32,000 nt of DNA. Source: Halorussus ruber. Its GTDB lineage: Archaea > Halobacteriota > Halobacteria > Halobacteriales > Haladaptataceae. The DNA is taken from the NCBI RefSeq assembly GCF_004765785.1, contig NZ_SBIT01000009.1, forward strand, positions 272,179 to 304,178. The letters are read 5' to 3'. Each line of letters opens with the position of its first letter. The first letter of the stretch is position 1. The translations under genes were made by a program, and so were the position numbers. Under the pieces are notes generated by a model. It had not been told where the DNA came from, ran no database searches, and worked only from the letters and a program-made list of their open reading frames with translations. Positions 25,347 through 32,000 of this stretch are shown here, piece after piece.

Positions 25347-25390
25347 GGTCGGCGGCGGTCGGCGGCGGTCGGCGGCAGTCGGCAGTCGCG
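25347..25390. repeat. 10-bp tandem repeat GGTCGGCGGC x3 plus degenerate units
   Basis: Read directly, in the divergent region between the COX3-like ORF and the kinase gene. Confidence 0.8.
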
Positions 25391-25424
25391 TGAGCTTTTT
25401 GCTGGCCTGCGTCGTGGGCAGGAT

Positions 25425-25871
25425 GTGAAGCTCGTCCTCTGCGGGCCGCCGGGCGTCGGCAAGACCACCGTCGCCGAGCGACTGGCGAGGAGACTGCGAA
25501 AAGCGGGCCGCGAGGTCCGCCTCCTCCACTCCGACGACTTCTCGCGGAACACCTACCACCAGATGTACCAGCGCGTGACCGAGGCCGACCCCGACACCGA
25601 CTGGATTCTCGACGGCACCTTCTTCGAGCGCGAGTGGCAGGACCGCTTTCTGGCGCTTCCGGACGCGCACCTGGTCTATCTCACCGCGAGTCTGGAGACC
25701 GCGCTGGAGCGAAATCGAACGCGGGAGAACTCGATTCCCGAGAGCGGCGTGCGGGCGATGCACGGGCGGTTCGAGCCGCCGGAGAATCCGGATTTGGCGC
25801 TGGACACCGAGGAGTTGTCGGCCTCCGAAGCGGCGGATGCCATCGGGAGGTATATCCTTACTTGGTTTTAG
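25425..25871 (+). CDS. P-loop NTPase/kinase (AAA-family, PSTK/KTI12-like)
   Basis: GTG start. Walker A LCGPPGVGKTT and Walker B-like WILDGTFFE. 148 aa. Confidence 0.8.
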   Translation: MKLVLCGPPGVGKTTVAERLARRLRKAGREVRLLHSDDFSRNTYHQMYQRVTEADPDTDWILDGTFFEREWQDRFLALPDAHLVYLTASLETALERNRTRENSIPESGVRAMHGRFEPPENPDLALDTEELSASEAADAIGRYILTWF

Positions 25872-26152
25872 GACAACTATACGTTTCTTTAGAAATTGGT
25901 TTCATTTCTTTATCGAGAGATGTGCCCAATTTGCCAACCGGGCTAGCGTTCGCAAGCGAGCGGTTCGGAGAACCCAAGCGCAGCGATTCACCGCGAGCGA
26001 ACGAACGTGAGCGAGCGGACCAAGGAATCCCTCGAAAGCGCGCCGGAGGCGCGCTTGAGGGGGTGACGAAGTGGTTTTGGTCGAGCTTTTACCAGCGAAC
26101 GACTTGCGAGCCGGTGGCTCCCAAGTCGTGAGTGCAGTAAAAGGTCGTAGCA

Positions 26153-26226
26153 CGGGCCGGAAGGGATTTGAACCCCTGACCGTCTGATTAAGAGTCAGAC
26201 GCTCTCCCTAACTGAGCTACCGGCCC
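26153..26226 (-). tRNA. trnK: tRNA-Lys (anticodon CTT)
   Basis: GGGCCGGTAGCTCAGTTAGGGAGAGCGTCTGACTCTTAATCAGACGGTCAGGGGTTCAAATCCCTTCCGGCCCG. Acceptor GGGCCGG/CCGGCCC, anticodon stem TCTGA/TCAGA, loop CTCTTAA. Confidence 0.92.
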
Positions 26227-26410
26227 AATGCATCCCATCCTTGCCGTGGGTTACGTAAATACGTTTCCGTTTCGCCGAACTGTTACGGCTTTCGATTCGC
26301 GTCGAAATCGGGCGAGGGCTATCCGGTCGCGTCCGGGCGCGGTCCCCGAAATTCCGGCGACGGACGGCTTCGGGAACATTAAGTGTGGCCCGAAACTACG
26401 CCACAGTATC

Positions 26411-27862
26411 ATGAGCGCCGGGATTACCATCTCCTCTATGTCCGACTACGCCATCTTGGGCTGTGGTAGCGTCGGGCACGCTGTCGCCGAGGAGCTAGTG
26501 GAGCAGGGCAAGGACGTACTCATCATCGACCGCGACGCCGACCGCGTCGAAGCCCTGCGCGACCAAGACCTCAACGCTCAGACCGCCGACATCCGCGAGG
26601 AGGACCTCTACGAGACTATTTCCGACAACGAGGTCGTCCTCATCATGGCCTCCGACGTGGAGGCGAACAAGGAGGCCGTCCGGAACATCCGCGAACACGA
26701 CGGCGAACAGTTCATCGTCGTGCGCGCGAGCGACCCGGTCTCCGAGGACGAACTCACCGACCTCGGCGCGGACGTGGTCATCAACCCCTCGGAGGTCATC
26801 GCCGACTCGGCGCTTCGGGCGCTCGAAACCGGCGAGTTGGAGTACAAGGCCCAACAGCTCGCCGAGGTCTTGGAGGGGACCGACGACCAACTCGCCATCG
26901 TCACGCACGACAATCCCGACCCCGACTCCATCGCCAGCGCGGTGGCGCTCCAAGCCATCGCCGACACCCTCGGCGTCGAGGCCGACATCCTCTACATCGG
27001 CGACATCGGCCATCAGGAGAACCGGGCGTTCGTCAATCTCCTCGGTATCGAACTGTTCCCCTACGACGAGGCCGACGTGGACGACTACGACACCATCGCG
27101 CTGGTGGACCACGCCAAGGCGACCGAGGCCACCTTCGACCAACCGGTAGACATCTTCATCGACCACTTCGAGCCCGACGAGGAGTACGAGGCCGAGTTCG
27201 TGGACATCCGGCCCTCGGTGAGTTCGACCTCCACCATCATGACGAAGTACATTCAGGAGTTCGACCTCAACGTCAGCGAGGAGGTCGCTACCGCCCTGCT
27301 CTACGGCATCCGGGCCGAGACGCTGGACTTCAAGCGCGACACGACCCCGGCGGACCTCACCGCGGCCGCCTACCTCTACCCCTTCGCCAACCACGACACG
27401 CTCGAACAGGTCGAGTCGCCCTCGATGTCCCCCGAGACCCTCGACGTGCTGGCGGAGGCCATCACCAACCGCGAGGTGCAGGGGAGCCACCTCGTGAGCA
27501 ACGCTGGCTTCATCCGCGACCGTGACGCCCTGACCCAAGCCGCCTCCCACCTGCTGAATCTGGAGGGCATCACGACCACCGCGGTCTTCGGCATCGCCGA
27601 CGACACCATCTACCTCGCGGCGCGCTCGAAGGACATCCGGATGAACATCGGCAAGGTGCTACAGGACGCCTTCAGCGACATCGGCGAGGCCGCGGGCCAC
27701 TCGACGCAGGCCAGCGTCGAGATTCCGCTGGGCATCTTCACCGGCATCGAGACCACCGACGACAACCGCGACACGCTCCTCTCGCTGACCGAGGAGGCCG
27801 TCAAGCGCAAGCTCTTCGACGCGATGGGCGTCGAGAGCGGCGAGGGAAGCAACGGGAGCTAA
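26411..27862 (+). CDS. DHH-family phosphoesterase with an N-terminal TrkA-N (NAD-binding) domain
   Basis: ILGCGSVGHAVAEEL Rossmann motif, DHH motifs VTHDNPDPDSIASAVAL, LVDH and IDH, and DHHA1-like AAGHSTQA. ATG 26411 is used because the ORF-track N-terminal extension overlaps tRNA-Lys. Confidence 0.88.
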   Translation: MSAGITISSMSDYAILGCGSVGHAVAEELVEQGKDVLIIDRDADRVEALRDQDLNAQTADIREEDLYETISDNEVVLIMASDVEANKEAVRNIREHDGEQFIVVRASDPVSEDELTDLGADVVINPSEVIADSALRALETGELEYKAQQLAEVLEGTDDQLAIVTHDNPDPDSIASAVALQAIADTLGVEADILYIGDIGHQENRAFVNLLGIELFPYDEADVDDYDTIALVDHAKATEATFDQPVDIFIDHFEPDEEYEAEFVDIRPSVSSTSTIMTKYIQEFDLNVSEEVATALLYGIRAETLDFKRDTTPADLTAAAYLYPFANHDTLEQVESPSMSPETLDVLAEAITNREVQGSHLVSNAGFIRDRDALTQAASHLLNLEGITTTAVFGIADDTIYLAARSKDIRMNIGKVLQDAFSDIGEAAGHSTQASVEIPLGIFTGIETTDDNRDTLLSLTEEAVKRKLFDAMGVESGEGSNGS

Positions 27863-27950
27863 TCAGTTTCGCGGATTCTCTGGAGACTTCTCGGCGCTCA
27901 ATTTTGCTCGACTGTCGAATCTGCGACGTTCCCGACTTTCTGACTTTCCT

Positions 27951-28103
27951 GTCCGGCGCGCGGGAGTGCGCGCAGAACTGCGCGCACTCCTCGTGCGAGG
28001 TCTCGCTGAGCGTAGCGAAGTGAGGCTCGTCAGAGCTTGCCTCTGACGGTGGACGAGTGAGCGACTGAAAGGAGCGAGCGAGGAGGCTGGGGAGGTGTGA
28101 GGT
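27951..28103. repeat. 153-bp structured GC-rich repeat, copy B (inverted partner of 12436-12588)
   Basis: It is the exact reverse complement of copy A by manual comparison of all sixteen sequence blocks. Confidence 0.95.
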
Positions 28104-28211
28104 CCGCGGTCGCGGTGCGGGGCGGTGCCGTGCGGAGCGGTTGCGGTGACTCCTCGGCTCAAGCCTGAAGCTAACTCCTCGATGCTTTCGTTGGTTGTTT
28201 CGGGACCGACC

Positions 28212-28311
28212 GGACGACCACCGAAACAATCCGACAACCACCGAAACGACCAGACGACCACCGAAACACCCCGACAACCACCGAAGCAACCCGACAACCA
28301 CCGAAACCGAC
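28212..28311. repeat. 5 x 20-bp tandem repeat (CGACRACCACCGAAAC + 4 variable nt)
   Basis: Units start at 28212, 28232, 28252, 28272 and 28292, between repeat copy B and the 3' end of the EamA gene. Confidence 0.9.
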
Positions 28312-28350
28312 TGCCCGAATCTCGAAGACAGAAACGAAATGCAGACGTGG

Positions 28351-29262
28351 TTACCTCGCCGCACCTCGATACCTCGCCAGTTCGGCCGCCAACTCCCGGT
28401 TCTTCAGCAGGAGGAACCCGACCACCACGACGCCGAAGCCCGCCAGCGTCGAGGGATACACCGCCTCGTCGAGCAACCACCACCCGACCGCGACCGAGAC
28501 CACCGGCACGAGGTACGAGACCAGATTCACCTCCAACGGGCCGAACCGCGCGAGCAGGTCGAAGTAGACCACGAAGCCGATACCGCTGGCGAACACCGCG
28601 AGGTAGCCGACCGCGAGAAGCGCCGCGGGGTCGAGGCGAACCGCCGCAGTCTCCTCGGCGATGGCGGCGCTCAGGCCCGCCTGCATCGTCGCGCCGAGGG
28701 CCATCGCCCATCCCGTCAGCGCGACGGTGGGCATCGGCGGGGAGACGCGCCGGACCAGCACCGTGCCGACGGTGACGCTCAGCGCGGCGGCGAAGACGAG
28801 CGCGGGGCCGAGGACGCCACTCCCGAGATTCGCAGGGTCGGGTCGGACCGAGATGGCGACCCCGAGAAACCCGACGACCAGTCCGAGCGCGCCGCGCCGT
28901 GAGAGGCGCTCGTCGGGGAGGAGGACGTGCCCGACGAGGACGGTGAGAATCGGAATCGCGCTGAAGACCACCGCGGCGATGCCCGCCGTGGTGTAGCGCT
29001 GGCCGACGAAGGTGAGGCCGCTTCCGCCGATGAAGAAGACTCCTCCCGCCAGCACCGCCAGCCAGTCGGCCCGGGTGCGGGGTCGCCAGTAGTCGGTCGT
29101 GGCGAGGGCGTACCCCAGCAGGAGCGCGGCCGAGGCGGCGTAGCGCACCGCCGCGAGCGCCAGCGGCGGGAGGTAACGCAGGCCGACCTCGATTGCGGGG
29201 AAGGCCCCGCCGAACAGGAGGGTCATCAGCAGGAAGGCCGTGAGGTCTCGCGTGCGGGTCAC
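28351..29262 (-). CDS. EamA/DMT-superfamily transporter
   Basis: Ten hydrophobic spans in two EamA-like halves. GTG 29262 (VTRTRDLTAFLLMTLLFGG) is preferred; ATG 29226 is an alternative. The ORF-track extension to 29505 runs into a repeat element. Confidence 0.8.
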   Translation of the reverse strand: MTRTRDLTAFLLMTLLFGGAFPAIEVGLRYLPPLALAAVRYAASAALLLGYALATTDYWRPRTRADWLAVLAGGVFFIGGSGLTFVGQRYTTAGIAAVVFSAIPILTVLVGHVLLPDERLSRRGALGLVVGFLGVAISVRPDPANLGSGVLGPALVFAAALSVTVGTVLVRRVSPPMPTVALTGWAMALGATMQAGLSAAIAEETAAVRLDPAALLAVGYLAVFASGIGFVVYFDLLARFGPLEVNLVSYLVPVVSVAVGWWLLDEAVYPSTLAGFGVVVVGFLLLKNRELAAELARYRGAAR

Positions 29263-29467
29263 CTCACCGGCTACGGCGGTGGCGCGGAAAGTCGTTACGT
29301 GGGTGTGGTTCCCGATAGGGACGTGATTAGATTGTTTTTGGGATTTTATTCCCTTCCTAGACAATTGTGTGCGTTTATCTGGGTGGCTTTCTGCCGAGCG
29401 ACTCCAGCTTTCCGCTTTCGAGAATATGACCACCCAACCGTTTCGCTCGGTGGACCAACCGTCGTTT

Positions 29468-29651
29468 CCTGGCGGACTGAAAGGGCGAGCGCGGGGCGCG
29501 GTCACGCGAGCGGAGCGAGGGTGACCGCGGAAGACGCGGTTTGTCTTCCGGCGTTTACGTGGTCGTCTCCGGCGGCTCTATTCGAGCGCCGGGCGAAGCG
29601 AGGCGTGAGAATATCCGCCGGAACGACAGCGAACCGCGCGAGGGCTTTCGA
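29468..29651. repeat. GC-rich intergenic repeat module interrupted by a 142-bp nested hairpin-rich insert
   Basis: 29468-29488 and 29631-29651 equal the two halves of 23077-23116. The insert 29489-29630 holds stems CGCGGTCAC/GTGACCGCG and GGAAGAC/GTCTTCC. Confidence 0.85.
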
Positions 29652-29768
29652 AACCATCGTTTCTGGCTCGTCTACTCCTCGGACGAGTACCGACCCACGA
29701 CCTGAAACGTTTGCGAGCATCGGTGCCCGACAGTTTATGGGGTCAGCGTGAGAGGTTGCCCCCAAGAA

Positions 29769-31433
29769 ATGTCGCAGGAGACCATCGACGTGGCCGAGGT
29801 CAGCGCCGGGAAGGGAGGAACCGCTGGCGAACCCGGCGACCCCGTGGAACTGCCCGTCGTGGAGGTGCTGACCGGCCGCGCGTTCGTGACCGGTAAGTCC
29901 GGAAGCGGGAAGTCGAACACCATGAGCGTCATCGCCGAGAAGCTCTTAGACGGCGGATACCCGGTAATGCTCGTGGACACAGATGGGGAGTACTACGGCC
30001 TCAAAGAGGAGTACGAACTTTTACACGCCGGGGCGGACGAGGAGTGCGACATCCAGGTCAACCCCGAGCACGCCGAGCGACTGGCCTCGCTCGCGCTGGA
30101 GGACAACGTCCCCATCATCCTCGACGTGTCGGGCTACCTCGACGAGGACGACGGCAAGGAATTGCTGAAGGCCGTCGCCCAGCAGCTGTTCGCCAAGGAG
30201 AAGAAGCTCAAAAAGCCCTTCCTGATGGTGGTCGAGGAGGTCCACGAGTACATCCCCGAGGGCGGCGGGATGGACGAGTGCGGTCGGATGCTCATCAAAA
30301 TCGGCAAGCGAGGGCGCAAGCACGGACTGGGAATCGCGGGCATCAGCCAGCGCCCCGCCGACGTGAAGAAGGACTTCATCACGCAGTGCGACTGGCTGGT
30401 CTGGCACCGACTCACGTGGAACAACGACACCAACGTCGTCGGGCGCATCCTCGGCAAGGAGTACGCCGACGCAATCGAGGACATGGGCGACGGCGAGGCC
30501 TTCCTGACGACCGACTGGTCAGAGGAGACTCGCCGGGTCCAGTTCCACCGCAAGCAGACGTTCGACGCCGGGGCCACGCCGGGACTGGACGACTTCGAGC
30601 GCCCGGACCTCAAGTCGGTCAGCGACGACCTCGTGAGCGACCTGCGGGAAATCAGCGAGGAGGAGGCCCGCCGCGAGGACGAAATCGAGGAACTCGAGCA
30701 GGAAATCCAGAAGAAAGAAGAGCGCATCACCGACCTCGAACGTCAACTCGAGGAGGCCCGCGAGATGGAGGAGGTCGCCGACAAGTTCGCCAAGGCGATG
30801 CTCGACCAGTCGCGGAACCGGCGCGCGAACCCCTACATTGACGCGGGCGAGAGCGGGGGCCGAATCGTCCGCGATCAACCCGCCGGGCAGGGTCCGGCGG
30901 ACCGACCGGCGGGAGATGAACCGGCGGGAGATGAACCGGCGGGTTCGCCACCGGCCGGAGAGGGTAGCGAGCAGGCCCAGCAGGCCGACCTCGGTGGGTT
31001 TGACCGACCGGAGGCCGGAGACGCCGGGACGGAGACCGACGCCGACGAACGCACCGACGAAAGCGAAAATCGGGACCAGAACCGGAATCAGGACCGAGAC
31101 GAAAATCGCGGCCCGCTCGACGCCATCCGCGAGGAGCTCGACGCACTCGAACCGGTCGAGCGCGCCATGCTGGCCTACTACCTCCGCGAGGGACCGGCGA
31201 GTCCGGTCGAGTCCCACGTCGCCGCGGGCGGGTCCGAGGACCGACAACTCGCGTACAACCACAACCGGACGCTCCGCCAGCGCGGGTTCGTCCAGCACGC
31301 CGGGAGCGGGGAGTACGTCGCGGCTCTGCCGAGTCTGCTGGCGGCGCTGACCGACGGCGAGATGGACGACGACACCCGCGAGGAGACGCTGGCGCGGGTG
31401 GCCGAGGAACTGCCGGACGTGGAGTCGGACTGA
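29769..31433 (+). CDS. DUF87/HerA-like P-loop ATPase with coiled-coil, acidic low-complexity and C-terminal wHTH-like regions
   Basis: Walker A VTGKSGSGKSNT, Walker B FLMVVEEVHEY, and GISQRPADV. Coiled coil EEEARREDEIEELEQEIQKKEERITDLERQLEE. (PAGDE) repeats from 15-bp units at 30905-30964. C-terminal MLAYYLREGPASP...RTLRQRGFV. ATG 29769. Confidence 0.85.
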   Translation: MSQETIDVAEVSAGKGGTAGEPGDPVELPVVEVLTGRAFVTGKSGSGKSNTMSVIAEKLLDGGYPVMLVDTDGEYYGLKEEYELLHAGADEECDIQVNPEHAERLASLALEDNVPIILDVSGYLDEDDGKELLKAVAQQLFAKEKKLKKPFLMVVEEVHEYIPEGGGMDECGRMLIKIGKRGRKHGLGIAGISQRPADVKKDFITQCDWLVWHRLTWNNDTNVVGRILGKEYADAIEDMGDGEAFLTTDWSEETRRVQFHRKQTFDAGATPGLDDFERPDLKSVSDDLVSDLREISEEEARREDEIEELEQEIQKKEERITDLERQLEEAREMEEVADKFAKAMLDQSRNRRANPYIDAGESGGRIVRDQPAGQGPADRPAGDEPAGDEPAGSPPAGEGSEQAQQADLGGFDRPEAGDAGTETDADERTDESENRDQNRNQDRDENRGPLDAIREELDALEPVERAMLAYYLREGPASPVESHVAAGGSEDRQLAYNHNRTLRQRGFVQHAGSGEYVAALPSLLAALTDGEMDDDTREETLARVAEELPDVESD

Positions 31434-31503
31434 CGGAAGTCGCTCGATTCGTTTCGACGGAGCCTCCTCGGCGATTTTCACGTCGTGAAAATACCGCTCG
31501 GGA

Positions 31504-31512
31504 TTTTTATAT
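31504..31512 (+). promoter_or_regulatory. TATA-like box for the CBS gene
   Basis: TTTTTATAT ends 22 nt upstream of ATG 31535, a spacing consistent with a leaderless haloarchaeal transcript. Confidence 0.4.
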
Positions 31513-31534
31513 CGAAACTGCTAATTCTCGGAAC

Positions 31535-32000
31535 ATGTTCGTTCGAGACGTGATGACGGAGACGGTCGTGACGGTCGAGAGCGACTCGTCTATCCAACAG
31601 ACCGCGACGCAGATGCTTCGGGAGGACGTCGGGAGTATCATCGTGACTCACGAGGGGACGCCAGCGGGCATCGTGACGAAGTCCGACATCCTGTACGCGG
31701 GCGTCGCCTCGGGCAAGCCCTACGACCAGATTCCGCTCAGTACCGTCGTGAACTACCCCGTGGTGACCGTCGGACCGGACGCCACCCTCCGAGAGGCCGT
31801 CGAGATGATGAAGGAGAACTCGGTCAAGCATCTCCCCGTGACCGCCCACGGCGAACTGCGGGGAATCGTGACCACCACGGACGTCGCCGCCCACCATCAG
31901 CGGGCCTTCGACGACGTGTGCGAGATGAGACGGGAGTGCCGGGAACAACGGGAGCGTCGGGAACTGACGGCGATAGACCGCGACCGGCCGGTCGAATCGG
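31535..32000 (+). CDS. CBS-domain pair protein (3' end beyond the window)
   Basis: Hand translation gives MFVRDVMTETVVTVESDSSIQQTATQMLREDVGSIIVTHEGTPAGIVTKSDIL...VKHLPVTAHGELRGIVTTTDV. It is absent from the ORF track because no stop occurs before the window edge. The listed 31478..31948 minus ORF is its antisense shadow. Confidence 0.85.
   Translation, partial: MFVRDVMTETVVTVESDSSIQQTATQMLREDVGSIIVTHEGTPAGIVTKSDILYAGVASGKPYDQIPLSTVVNYPVVTVGPDATLREAVEMMKENSVKHLPVTAHGELRGIVTTTDVAAHHQRAFDDVCEMRRECREQRERRELTAIDRDRPVES

Noticed and set aside
26228-26410. N-terminal 61-codon extension of the DHH gene in the ORF track
   Set aside because: The first bases of the listed ORF abut or overlap tRNA-Lys (26153-26226), and the extension is basic and non-halophilic in composition. 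ATG 26411 is preceded by a TATA-like CATTAAGT at a suitable distance.
28212-28311. Possible mini-CRISPR array
   Set aside because: The period is only 20 bp, with just 4 variable nt between conserved 16-mers. There are no spacer-length unique segments and no cas genes in the window.
28351-29505. Full 384-aa version of the EamA ORF
   Set aside because: The first 80 or so codons run through an AT-rich promoter-like stretch and the GC-rich repeat element, and they are not transporter-like. The first TM helix begins right after GTG 29262.

Overview
GC-rich haloarchaeal (Halobacteria-type) chromosomal window. Evidence: acidic proteins, Tat plus lipobox signals, oligo-T terminators, and a tRNA-Trp with a long guide-bearing intron. 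GC content and identities were judged by eye or manual alignment; no searches were run. The backbone is housekeeping: MoxR ATPase, HtpX-like M48 protease, serpin, halocyanin, PLP aminotransferase, PRC-barrel protein, DinB, GuaB, GNAT, CoxB, P-loop kinase, TrkA-N/DHH phosphoesterase, EamA transporter, DUF87/HerA-like ATPase, CBS protein, tRNA-Trp and tRNA-Lys. It is interrupted by small AT-richer islets and a dense set of structured GC-rich intergenic repeats. Main observations: (1) a 1.48-kb direct duplication of the dinB 5' end encloses a low-GC cassette with one AlbA_2/Schlafen-type gene and strands an old dinB start next to an IS200/IS605-type TnpB element; (2) a base-perfect 153-bp inverted repeat pair brackets about 15.4 kb of core genes; (3) a nucleoside 2-deoxyribosyltransferase-like gene, paired with a divergent wHTH regulator, looks split by a 392-bp hairpin-ended insert and is restored in frame when the insert is removed; (4) a COX3-like two-helix ORF near coxB has two in-frame TGA codons, one exactly at the Trp of the WHFVDxVW motif; (5) an intact TnpB gene directly abuts a small ribbon-helix-helix ORF with a palindromic promoter; (6) DinB has an acidic tail with four PIP-box-like motifs. 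No complete, recognisable multi-gene novel system is demonstrated; these are leads only.
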